Below are positions 8,117-16,638 of a DNA stretch of 64,000 nt, in pieces. The position numbers and the translations under genes were made by a program. How positions within the stretch are numbered: the first letter of the stretch is position 1; each line of letters starts with the position of its first letter. The notes beneath the pieces are model-generated. The model was not told the origin of the DNA. It did no database searches and saw nothing but the letters and a program-made list of their open reading frames with translations. Location: the IMG/VR virus record IMGVR_UViG_3300031857_000002, positions 256,176 through 320,175 of that record. One strand, given 5' to 3'.

Positions 8117-9230
8117 CACCAGTATTTTTTTGATCGCTAATCCAGGCAGTGGCCCCTGGAAGATTTTTTTCTATTAGTTTTTTTGATATAGAACTATCTA
8201 ATATTTGTGCCACTGCTGCCTCTACAGGCAGTCTCAGCATTAACTTTAACACATCCAAATCACGTAACAAGGTCCAAGTTAGAGTATTACCTATGTGCCA
8301 GTGTTGCCAATCATTTACCAATACATTACATATCTCGTAAGCTAACCAACGAGGGTTTGTGGTAGTCAGTGTTGATTCAAATATTTTCTGGTGTTTGGGC
8401 AACATAAAATATTCATAGTGCAAACAATCAGGATGTGTTTTTAACAGTTCTGGAATACTGGTGCCGCGGCTGGCCAAATACATGTTGGCAGTTACCGGAC
8501 TTCGCAACATAAATTCATCACCAGGTGCACCAGACGCTAGTATTGTGGGTTCTAACCAGTGATGTATTTGATTGTATGCCCAAAACTTTTTCAAGTGATG
8601 CGAATTGTATTTCCAAAAGTGATCATAATCTATGTGAAGATAATCAACTGATTCGACCTCGGCACCTGCACGTTTGAGATAACTATATACCAGCAACGAA
8701 TCAACCCCGCCTGTTAAAAACGATCGTATGGGCAAGATATTGTGTTCAATAAAATTCCTAGTTCTGGCCAGTAGTATTTCATCAACTTGATCCAGCACTT
8801 GAGATTCAGTCAACAGGGCAAGATCAAGTGTGCCAATCACATTGAAGTTCCGTAAGGTAACTGCAAGATCCAAGGTAGCCGAAATCACGTTATTGGTCCA
8901 GGCAGTGTTGCTCAATGGCACAAGATTGGTGATTTCTTTTTGTTGTTCAAACCAGATAGGAAAACTGCGGTACTTGTCTGTTTTAATTTCCAACTGATCT
9001 GTGCTGATTGCAATTACACAAAAGTTCCCCAACAGCTCAGGGCATTGTTGTTGTAATATATCAGGCAGAATCTCTAGCATTGTACCTGATTCGGAATAAC
9101 CTTTGTACACCACAAACTGATCTCCCACTATGGTCTGATTCCATCCAGCATCGGTATTGACAGTTATGCCATGCCAACGCCACTGGTGCGAAAAATCTAG
9201 ATTATCACTGTGGGAGATCGAAAAAAACAT
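8052..9230 (-). CDS. Asparagine-synthase-like PP-loop ATP pyrophosphatase
   Basis: SFLTGGVDSLL (SGGxDS-like), SGAPGDEF; N-terminal GNFCVI...TDKYRSFP resembles degenerate GATase-II part. Confidence 0.6.
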   Translation of the reverse strand: MFFSISHSDNLDFSHQWRWHGITVNTDAGWNQTIVGDQFVVYKGYSESGTMLEILPDILQQQCPELLGNFCVIAISTDQLEIKTDKYRSFPIWFEQQKEITNLVPLSNTAWTNNVISATLDLAVTLRNFNVIGTLDLALLTESQVLDQVDEILLARTRNFIEHNILPIRSFLTGGVDSLLVYSYLKRAGAEVESVDYLHIDYDHFWKYNSHHLKKFWAYNQIHHWLEPTILASGAPGDEFMLRSPVTANMYLASRGTSIPELLKTHPDCLHYEYFMLPKHQKIFESTLTTTNPRWLAYEICNVLVNDWQHWHIGNTLTWTLLRDLDVLKLMLRLPVEAAVAQILDSSISKKLIEKNLPGATAWISDQKNTGAIRKNLTHQLKIHSDLSQLHV

Positions 9231-9853
9231 TATGCTCGCTTTTCCACAATTTTGTCAGCAAGGCCATATGCTACTGCCTGTTCTGCACTGAGGAACGTGT
9301 CAAACTTCATGGCTTCATACAGTTCGTCATAGGTTTTGCCTGCTGTGTTGTGACGCACATACAATTCTGTAAGGCGCTGATTGATGCGTTTTGATTCTTC
9401 AAATGTTCTACGAGCATCTTCAAATTCAAGTTCTTGCACATGGATTGAGCCACGTGTGCTGGGAGTACCAGAACTCACACGGTGAATCATGGTGCGGCTT
9501 TCGGGCAACACAAAACGCTTGCCCGGAGCACCTGCTTGAGCCAAGAATGACCCCATACTGGCAGCTTGGCCAATAACAATGGTATGAACGTCGGGTTTGA
9601 TAAACTGCATGGTGTCGTAGATTGCAAGTCCAGCAGTAACAAGTCCGCCTGGACTGTTTATATATAGCGAAATATCCTTGTCAGGGTCTTCACTTTCGAG
9701 GTACAACAATTGGCTTACAATCAAGCTGGCTGTATGCTCCGAAACTTCTGTGTCCAACATGATAATACGATCTTTGAGCAAGCGACTGTAAATGTCGTAA
9801 CTGCGCTCACCTTTTGAGGTTTGTTCAACAACCATTGGGATCAAACTGGGCAT
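9230..9853 (-). CDS. clpP: ATP-dependent Clp protease proteolytic subunit
   Basis: [38 protein letters not shown] (Ser), MIHR (His), FDTFLSA (Asp). Confidence 0.95.
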   Translation of the reverse strand: MPSLIPMVVEQTSKGERSYDIYSRLLKDRIIMLDTEVSEHTASLIVSQLLYLESEDPDKDISLYINSPGGLVTAGLAIYDTMQFIKPDVHTIVIGQAASMGSFLAQAGAPGKRFVLPESRTMIHRVSSGTPSTRGSIHVQELEFEDARRTFEESKRINQRLTELYVRHNTAGKTYDELYEAMKFDTFLSAEQAVAYGLADKIVEKRA

Positions 9854-9914
9854 AAATTCTCCTGTGTTATGTAATGCTCTGTGATAAGTATAACATAATT
9901 CTCTGGGAAATACA

Positions 9915-11174
9915 ATGCGCGACCTACTCGATTTACTCAAACTCTACGAAGCACCATCTAACAACTTGCCAAATGTTGATGAAATAGAAGCCTTTAAAAA
10001 GATCATTGCTGGCAAAATCAAACAACTCCCCGACGATGACAACACTGCCAAGGCACTTCGTGAAATTGAGGACCTGCTTAAACACGTGAATGCCGGGGGA
10101 AAAATGGGCATTATCAATGGCGAACTGGCCAGTGTCGATGACCCCACTGTGAGTGCGGCACAAAAGGAATTGGCCAGATATATCATGAGCATTGACATGA
10201 CTCCTGCTGATCGTGATCAATTGTTTACATTATGGCGCAACAACAAGTTGGTCAAGATTGATCAACTGTTGGGACCTGGCAAAAAGAACTTTAGCGAAAT
10301 CATCACTGGCTATAAAACAAACCCTGCTATCCGTGAATTGAGCAATGAACTCATGCGTATCAGTGCTCTAGGACAGGGCAAGGGCGAGTTTGGTCTCAGT
10401 GTCATGAGCAAAAGCATCAACAAACAAGAAGGCAAGGGCGACCTGAACATCAGTGGACGACCTATTGAAGTCAAAACAACAGATGGCGGTGCAGGTCGAT
10501 TCACTGACCAGGAAGTGCGCCCAGGCGCAGGGTTTGATCAGGCAGCTCGTCAACTGAACGCATTTATTAAACAATATCAACCCAACTTGGCCAAGAGTGG
10601 TGCCAACCTAGACGGACTTATTGGATTTTATGAAGTGTTAAAGACCAACCCTGATCTCAAGGAAGATGCGGCAGCATTACTTGACATGATCAGCAATGTG
10701 ATTCAAAATATTTTTGAAGGCGAAGATATTTCTAAGATTATCAAGGCCATCGAGCGCAGTGATGTAAACGGCGCCAAGCAGGAGTATGCCAAGGCCAACT
10801 TCAACTACTACATGAGCAAGAAAAAAGACGAGGGTGTGTTATACATTAGTTTAGTCAAAGATCCAATCATGACAGTGTTCTTTAAAGATGCTGATGAGTT
10901 GGCCGACAGTGGATTGCGCTTGCATGCTGGCACGACATACATTACCAGCACTTCGGATGTTCGCTTGCCATATCCGCAGATAGAAATTGTGGATACTACC
11001 GGTGGTGCAGGTGCAGGTGATGGCTCAGCTAACGCAGTCAATCCAGCGGCCTTGAGCAATCAAGATCTTGATGCTGTCAGCACAGGCGGACTACGTGGCC
11101 CAGGTGCAAAAAAAGCCCGAGCTCCAGTAGAACCTGATTTTGATGAGAAAACTACAGGGCGTAGAAAACGTTAA
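9915..11174 (+). CDS. Putative virion-internal protein with PD-(D/E)xK nuclease-like motif
   Basis: Leader [12 protein letters not shown]; GKGEFG...[16 protein letters not shown] (E...D...ExK). Confidence 0.5.
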   Translation: MRDLLDLLKLYEAPSNNLPNVDEIEAFKKIIAGKIKQLPDDDNTAKALREIEDLLKHVNAGGKMGIINGELASVDDPTVSAAQKELARYIMSIDMTPADRDQLFTLWRNNKLVKIDQLLGPGKKNFSEIITGYKTNPAIRELSNELMRISALGQGKGEFGLSVMSKSINKQEGKGDLNISGRPIEVKTTDGGAGRFTDQEVRPGAGFDQAARQLNAFIKQYQPNLAKSGANLDGLIGFYEVLKTNPDLKEDAAALLDMISNVIQNIFEGEDISKIIKAIERSDVNGAKQEYAKANFNYYMSKKKDEGVLYISLVKDPIMTVFFKDADELADSGLRLHAGTTYITSTSDVRLPYPQIEIVDTTGGAGAGDGSANAVNPAALSNQDLDAVSTGGLRGPGAKKARAPVEPDFDEKTTGRRKR

Positions 11175-11743
11175 CGAGCCAGTTGGCTGATGTGATCGCA
11201 GATGCCTAGTTTCAGTGCTTCTTCGGCACTCAAATAAACATCATGTGGTGGCAACAGAGTTTTCTTGATCTCTTCTTCACTTAATCCTGTACAAGTCATA
11301 TAGTGATTGACCATGCGTGTTTGTGTGAGTCCAAACTCTTTCATTGTGGCCAACAGCTCGTGATGTTTGCCATCACTGCCCCAGGCATACTGATGACTCA
11401 TGATACTAGTGTTGGGTGTGAGTGTTCTGCGCCCTGGTGAACCTGCTAGGAATATCAGCAACCCTGCACTGGCAATTTGGCCCAGGCCCACAGTCTTGAT
11501 GAATATGTTGGAACTCTTCATCACATCAATCAAGGCAAAAGCCGCACTCATGTCTCCACCTTCTGAGCAGATCATCAGCAGGAGTTCTTTGCGCTTTTTC
11601 TTAGACACAAAGTTTTCATGCAAGATCCACTCAATGATGGGTTTGATACTTTCATGGTCTACTTCACCCATAAAAACATACATGCCGTTGTCGGCTAGAT
11701 CTTGACTGTGAGAGCTTTCGCTTGTGTTAGTTTCTGTGACCAT
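11171..11743 (-). CDS. clpP: Second, divergent ClpP-family protease
   Basis: ICSEGGD, GQIASAG (Ser), IMSHQ (His), HDVYLSAEEALKLGICD (Asp). Confidence 0.85.
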   Translation of the reverse strand: MVTETNTSESSHSQDLADNGMYVFMGEVDHESIKPIIEWILHENFVSKKKRKELLLMICSEGGDMSAAFALIDVMKSSNIFIKTVGLGQIASAGLLIFLAGSPGRRTLTPNTSIMSHQYAWGSDGKHHELLATMKEFGLTQTRMVNHYMTCTGLSEEEIKKTLLPPHDVYLSAEEALKLGICDHISQLAR

Positions 11744-11790
11744 AATTGATAAATGATTAACTAAGCAGGATTATGTGCTTAGTTAATTAC

Positions 11791-12873
11791 TTATGCCGTG
11801 CATTGAGAGCTTTTAATAACAGATAACTCAATATGCTGTACTGCCGCTAGAGCCTGAGTATTCTGCCCCAAACTCACCACAATACGGCTGTCTCGCACAA
11901 GATCACCATTGATACTGGTTTGATTGTTACGCCATTCTGCAAACGAAATGTCAGGTGCATACGGATGTGAATTGGTCCAATTTAGATCTTGCCATCTGTA
12001 ACAATCACGTTTGATCACTCGTCTTTCAGAATCTCTCATGATCAACTGCATCACAGGTGTAGACCCAATAAATGCATCATTCACAAGATGTAGCTTTTGG
12101 TAGTCGTTGAATCCCAAGGTATTCTGCCATTTGGTCCAGCGATTGGGATCTTGCGCAATCACTCTAATGTAAGTTTGATTGGCACAGTCCTGATTTTGAT
12201 TCCAACAGTTTCTTGCTTGAGGATTCTGTGAGGCAGCCTGTAACACTTCGTGCAGGCTGGTTATGTAACTATAGTTCCACTTCATTGAAAACGGAATTTC
12301 AATCAACGCCTGCCGATACTCGTCCATTCTCAACACAGTGGCGCCCAAGGTGATATCGAACGCACGTCGGGGAAAATCCGCTAGCACCCGGGACACAATT
12401 TGATCACCGCTGGCTCGTTCAGCCAGCAAGGTCTCTACTCTAGCACTGGCCACTGGCCCGTTTAGTTGTCCTGCTACAGCGGATCTTCCTAGGATTCTGT
12501 TGGCAATGGCACTGTGACTGACCCATATATCCATGACCATCACCGAGTTGTTGCCACGTGTGCTCTTGCTCAATATTTTGTAGTCTGTGACGTAGCCACT
12601 GCTGTAGTTGTACACATCGTTCTTGATCAGTTGTTTTTTGTCCGACTCTCGTTCGCTGAGAATCAACGTGCCCACAGCTTGGTCTACTGCCAGTACAAAT
12701 CCATTATGCCTGGCTTCGGTGTCATTGACACCTTGTGCCTCAACTTGAATATAGAACGACCGGGTTTGATTCTTCAGTAGCCACTGTCCAACAGTGATTG
12801 CAATGCTGACGTTTGAGTTAGCATGCGCCGCTCCCAGGGCCAATAGTAGCACCACTGCAATTAGTTTTTTCAT
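11791..12873 (-). CDS. Secreted protein with LPP20/FlgT-N-like domain
   Basis: Signal peptide MKKLIAVVLLLALGAAHA; A.G....EAR..G...AV.QAVG..I.SE pattern. Confidence 0.55.
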   Translation of the reverse strand: MKKLIAVVLLLALGAAHANSNVSIAITVGQWLLKNQTRSFYIQVEAQGVNDTEARHNGFVLAVDQAVGTLILSERESDKKQLIKNDVYNYSSGYVTDYKILSKSTRGNNSVMVMDIWVSHSAIANRILGRSAVAGQLNGPVASARVETLLAERASGDQIVSRVLADFPRRAFDITLGATVLRMDEYRQALIEIPFSMKWNYSYITSLHEVLQAASQNPQARNCWNQNQDCANQTYIRVIAQDPNRWTKWQNTLGFNDYQKLHLVNDAFIGSTPVMQLIMRDSERRVIKRDCYRWQDLNWTNSHPYAPDISFAEWRNNQTSINGDLVRDSRIVVSLGQNTQALAAVQHIELSVIKSSQCTA

Positions 12874-12879
12874 GGCAGA

Positions 12880-13515
12880 TCAACGAGTGTTACCAAATTT
12901 ATTTTGCAACATATTAGCAGTGCGTTCGCTGGTCTTGTCCCAGCGAATGGTCACTGCAACTTCTTGGCCGCCAACAACTTCTTCTTTCACTGTGTAGAAC
13001 CCTCTAAGGATTGCTGAACTGTTGGCTTTCACACTGGATGTCAGTCTCATGGCAGTGTCGTTGCTGTTTTCACGCACACTCACATTGGTCTGCGTGGCTT
13101 CTTTGTCGGTCATCTCCACAGGATCATGACCACCATGATTGGTGTTGAGTTTGTCTTTGGCCTTTTCCACGTTCTTGGCAATGGTACTGGTCACTCGTGA
13201 GCTGTTGATCTCTTCACGAATAAAGTGAGAAACATTGGCTCGAGCATTGTTGCCAGCATGAATCAGAGCTGTTTTACGATTCATCACAGTGTTGCCATTA
13301 GATGGTGCTGTGCCCACAGCTTCGATACTTACAATTTCACAGTCGTCTTTGAAAGGTTTGTACCAGCGGCAGTTGGTCTCAATCTTCACACGCTCACTTA
13401 CAAAACTTGTGGCCAGTTTCTGATTGCGAACTTGTTCATCACTGTTGGTAACTGCGGTGGTCGAACATCCTGTTATGGCCAAAGCGGCTACTAGGGTCAG
13501 TAATTTAAAATTCAT
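12880..13515 (-). CDS. Lipoprotein, LPP20-like
   Basis: Lipobox LAITG-C; A.G.AP...RK.A...A...AN pattern. Confidence 0.65.
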   Translation of the reverse strand: MNFKLLTLVAALAITGCSTTAVTNSDEQVRNQKLATSFVSERVKIETNCRWYKPFKDDCEIVSIEAVGTAPSNGNTVMNRKTALIHAGNNARANVSHFIREEINSSRVTSTIAKNVEKAKDKLNTNHGGHDPVEMTDKEATQTNVSVRENSNDTAMRLTSSVKANSSAILRGFYTVKEEVVGGQEVAVTIRWDKTSERTANMLQNKFGNTR

Positions 13516-13544
13516 TTCAATCTCCAAAAAGTTTAAGATAGTGT

Positions 13545-13573
13545 ATTGTAACGCAAAAAGATTTATTCGTCAA
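13545..13573 (-). promoter_or_regulatory. sigma70-type promoter
   Basis: TTGACG-17-TACAAT upstream of lipoprotein operon. Confidence 0.7.
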
Positions 13574-13799
13574 CTTGATCAATACCAAAATGGCGTCTGA
13601 CTGCCCGGCTGGTGTTCCAGCCAATGTTTTGGAACAGGTTTCGGTCAATCACTGTGGTACATTCTTCTACAATCAACTCGGCGAACTTTTGGTAAGCCTG
13701 TTCACATTCTTCGGCACCCATCCATTTGGGCCATGGTTCGCCTTTGACGTCCACATACATTCCTGCCTCTTGAGCAAGTTCTTGAATTCGTTTGTTCAT
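13563..13799 (-). CDS. Hypothetical protein
   Basis: 78 aa, ATGA-coupled to upstream gene. Confidence 0.6.
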   Translation of the reverse strand: MNKRIQELAQEAGMYVDVKGEPWPKWMGAEECEQAYQKFAELIVEECTTVIDRNLFQNIGWNTSRAVRRHFGIDQVDE

Positions 13800-14428
13800 G
13801 TTCGTTCCTCAATGGAATAAAACCAATCATCCCCGGCTGACCACTTGCGTGTGCCATCCACTGTGAATATGGTCTGTGCGGCCTTGAAGTCTGGAAACTT
13901 AACATTGCCAGAAATCAAACTTTGATCATACCACAAGCATCGATTGTTGGGCTGGCAGGCAAACTGTCCGTTTTCTAATCGAATAAAATTAAAGCTCTTG
14001 TGTTCTTCTGCAACTTCGGTAAAACCGGTGTCCACATCCATGCCGTCGGCACAAAAGTCCACAGTGAACAAATAGGTTCCGTGATGCCATTCTTTGTCTT
14101 TGCCCAGAAACTTCACACCTAGATTACGTAGACCTATTTTTTCAATGATAGTGAAACGATAACCCATACAATCCCAAAGCTGTAGGATATCTATGGGTAG
14201 ATTGCCGGTGTGGTCTTGTTGCCATACATAGGCATGGATTGGCAATTTGTCGTAGAGTGCTCCGTAGTTGGGCAACAAGCTCTCAATACGAAACACTTGT
14301 CCACGTAGAGCTTTGAGACTGACCCAGATGGCGGGTTCAAGTTCTCCATGACCTTGTTCAAAGTTATAGAGAAATTCTCGTTTGACCCAACACTTGATGG
14401 GCGGTAATGATCCCACAATGTAACTCAT
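13796..14428 (-). CDS. Hypothetical phage protein
   Basis: 210-aa ORF in coupled operon; no motif assigned. Confidence 0.7.
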   Translation of the reverse strand: MSYIVGSLPPIKCWVKREFLYNFEQGHGELEPAIWVSLKALRGQVFRIESLLPNYGALYDKLPIHAYVWQQDHTGNLPIDILQLWDCMGYRFTIIEKIGLRNLGVKFLGKDKEWHHGTYLFTVDFCADGMDVDTGFTEVAEEHKSFNFIRLENGQFACQPNNRCLWYDQSLISGNVKFPDFKAAQTIFTVDGTRKWSAGDDWFYSIEERT

Positions 14429-14577
14429 GCTGTGTCCCGGTTGCGATGTTTGACCTTGCGATTATACACGATCTTGGATTTTTCTGCACGTGATTTGAAC
14501 GGGGTGTCGCGAGCGTACAACTCCACAGCACGTCTGCGCAGTCTAGGTATTTGTAATACTAAAGTTATAGGTTTCAT
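14425..14577 (-). CDS. ArfA-like (alternative ribosome-rescue factor-like) small basic protein
   Basis: Hand translation MKPITLVLQIPRLRRRAVELYARDTPFKSRAEKSKIVYNRKVKHRNRDTA; aligns by eye to E. coli Arf[16 protein letters not shown]...[10 protein letters not shown]; stop overlaps next ATG. Confidence 0.5.
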   Translation of the reverse strand: MKPITLVLQIPRLRRRAVELYARDTPFKSRAEKSKIVYNRKVKHRNRDTA

Positions 14578-14610
14578 GTTTACTTCATAAAAAAATCCGA
14601 TCCATGCGTT

Positions 14611-14639
14611 ATTATAGCACGAACCGGATTATGTGTCAA
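14611..14639 (-). promoter_or_regulatory. sigma70-type promoter
   Basis: TTGACA-17-TATAAT, perfect consensus, upstream of ArfA-like ORF. Confidence 0.85.
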
Positions 14640-14663
14640 GTACCCTTACGGAGTACAGGGCAA

Positions 14664-14939
14664 TTACTTCTTAGAAGTAGTAGATTGGTAAGCCTTCATG
14701 ATACCTTCACCAAACTTGGTGTAGTCAAACTTCATGGCTTCTTGTGAGGCCTTGACCATTTCGCTAGTTAATGTAGCAAATGTATCTGTACCAACTTTGG
14801 CAGCTTTCTTTGTGTAAGAGGCTTGCTCATCAATGAAAGTGTTCATTGCGTCTGCGATTTTTTCGTTTTGGACAAATGTCTTGACAAATTGTTTTTTACC
14901 GGTTTGTACGGCGTCGATTGTTGCGTCTAATGTAAACAT
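14664..14939 (-). CDS. Small helical protein, possibly phasin-like
   Basis: 91 aa, Ala/Thr/Lys/Gln-rich amphipathic; SD AGGAG; TGC-N3-GCA palindrome upstream. Confidence 0.45.
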   Translation of the reverse strand: MFTLDATIDAVQTGKKQFVKTFVQNEKIADAMNTFIDEQASYTKKAAKVGTDTFATLTSEMVKASQEAMKFDYTKFGEGIMKAYQSTTSKK

Positions 14940-14999
14940 AATTTTCTCCTATTAAGCGAGTTTACTACAGGGCCCGACCTATTCAGCACCCTATGTTCT

Positions 15000-15032
15000 A
15001 TTGTAACATTATTTATGTTGCGGCGCAACATA
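15000..15032 (-). promoter_or_regulatory. sigma70 promoter overlapped by palindromic operator (PhaR-like)
   Basis: TTGCGC-17-TACAAT; perfect inverted repeat TATGTTGC-GGC-GCAACATA (15014-15032) covers -35. Confidence 0.55.
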
Positions 15033-15088
15033 TTTTGATATTTTTTCTAGTGAATGGTCACTAATAAATAACTGTATAGGAGAACATT

Positions 15089-15340
15089 ATGTTTACAAAA
15101 ATCAAAGAATTCTTGTTTGGTAAAGACCCGGTACAATCACCTGTGGCGGCACCTTACAAGGTTGATGCACCGGCAGAAGTTGGCAAGCCAGCTGACGATC
15201 GAGTTGAAGCACCTGCACCAGTTGCGGCTGCTAAACCGGCTGTCAAGGCACCTGCCAAGAAAGCACCAGCACCAAAAGCTGAGCCTAAGCCCAAATCACC
15301 ACCAAAACCGCGAGCTCCTCGAAAGCCTGCGGCCAAGTAA
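15089..15340 (+). CDS. Pro/Ala/Lys-rich small protein
   Basis: TAAATA upstream, SD AGGAG; PAKKAPAPKAEPK tail. Confidence 0.7.
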   Translation: MFTKIKEFLFGKDPVQSPVAAPYKVDAPAEVGKPADDRVEAPAPVAAAKPAVKAPAKKAPAPKAEPKPKSPPKPRAPRKPAAK

Positions 15341-15365
15341 AAAAACCCCGAAAGGGGCTTTTTTT
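15340..15365. terminator. Bidirectional terminator
   Basis: AAAAAAACCCCGAAAGGGGCTTTTTT. Confidence 0.75.
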
Positions 15366-15846
15366 ATCTAGTAATCATAGCAAAAGTAAACAGCACGACA
15401 GGGACAGCTATTGCCATGAAACTGGTACCTATGAGTAGTCTATCTATCATGTCGGACTGTGCTTGAATTCTAGCATTTTTTATGTCTGCCTGTAGCTTGG
15501 CACGTTCTTTGTACATACGCACACGTTCAGCCATCATTTCGTCCCATACATCCTTGTTGCCTGACCATATCAACATCTCTTTTAGTTCTTTCTCAGCATC
15601 TCGCAGTGCCTTGCTCTGCATGGCAATCTGTACAGACATTGCTCTGATCTGCCCGTCGGTGAGAATTTTTTTACTGGTTTGTGCCTCTATGCTGGCAGCG
15701 TGAATTGTGTCGCTGTTCTCAAAGAACTTGGCAAACTGTCCGTAGAGACTGTTGACATCCTTGCCCAGAGCAATGGCTTTTTTGATATAATTTACCGATT
15801 GTTGGGCGGCTGTGAACGCAATGCCAATTGTGATAGGATCAAGCAT
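15364..15846 (-). CDS. Coiled-coil protein with C-terminal TM helix
   Basis: MLDPITIG..., C-terminal hydrophobic anchor. Confidence 0.7.
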   Translation of the reverse strand: MLDPITIGIAFTAAQQSVNYIKKAIALGKDVNSLYGQFAKFFENSDTIHAASIEAQTSKKILTDGQIRAMSVQIAMQSKALRDAEKELKEMLIWSGNKDVWDEMMAERVRMYKERAKLQADIKNARIQAQSDMIDRLLIGTSFMAIAVPVVLFTFAMITR

Positions 15847-16006
15847 TTTTCTTGGGTTCCTTGTCTTTGGGCGGCTTTAGGGGCCTGTCCCATTGTACAC
15901 ATACCACCCGACGATTATAGACGTCACCCGTCCATGTCCACTTTACACACCTTGGCTCATTTGCCAGCATGCCTGCCAACATCAATGAGCCAATGGCGTT
16001 GAACAT
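15839..16006 (-). CDS. 55-aa two-Cys peptide
   Basis: MFNAIGSLMLAGMLANEPRCVKWTWTGDVYNRRVVCVQWDRPLKPPKDKEPKKNA; exactly fills gap between genes. Confidence 0.55.
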   Translation of the reverse strand: MFNAIGSLMLAGMLANEPRCVKWTWTGDVYNRRVVCVQWDRPLKPPKDKEPKKNA

Positions 16007-16007
16007 A

Positions 16008-16628
16008 CTACTTGTTGGCCAATGGATTGTCCATGGCTTTTTGTATCTTGCTGTCGACTTCTCTCTTGAGTGTTTCTACTTCGCGGTTGATTTCTCTACG
16101 AGCTGATGTAAATTCACTGTTGATTTCCTTGCGTGTGTTTTCCATGTCTCGGCGAATTGCAGCCGCTTCAGTTCTGGCTCTCTCTAAGTCTTCACGCACT
16201 GCCTTGCGCATATCTCGCATCTCTGATTCAGTTTCACGCTGTGCTGTTTTGACACTGCGTTCCACTTGTTCTGTAACAGTTTCGTTACGACGAATATCAT
16301 TCTTCAAATCAGTTTTGATATCACGAGTGTAGTCGCTGGTTTTGCTAGAGTTTTCTTCAATCACAGCTAAACGCTTGTCAAATTCACTTAGATCCGGAGC
16401 GGCGTATTCAGCAATCTTTTTCTTCATGCCCACGTAGTCTTTGTACACTTCAAATGTTCCATATAGTCCGCCCAGTATACTACTAACAATAGTGGCGGCC
16501 ACCATGAGCTTGGCTGGTGTAAATTCATATCCACCAATTGAGATAACAGTATCTTTTGAGGCGTACTTTTTGGCGGCTGCTTCTAGTTCATCAACCTTGG
16601 CATTAACATTTTTTATTTCTTCTGTCAT
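16008..16628 (-). CDS. Membrane-anchored coiled-coil protein
   Basis: TM LMVAATIVSSILGGLYG then long heptad region. Confidence 0.75.
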   Translation of the reverse strand: MTEEIKNVNAKVDELEAAAKKYASKDTVISIGGYEFTPAKLMVAATIVSSILGGLYGTFEVYKDYVGMKKKIAEYAAPDLSEFDKRLAVIEENSSKTSDYTRDIKTDLKNDIRRNETVTEQVERSVKTAQRETESEMRDMRKAVREDLERARTEAAAIRRDMENTRKEINSEFTSARREINREVETLKREVDSKIQKAMDNPLANK

Positions 16629-16638
16629 TTTTGTTTCC

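Noticed and set aside
9854-9940. Upstream extensions of clpP (also 24778-25803, 27247, 54582, 61013 track starts)
   Set aside because: Longest-ORF artefacts; SDs, overlaps and homologous N-termini support the downstream ATGs
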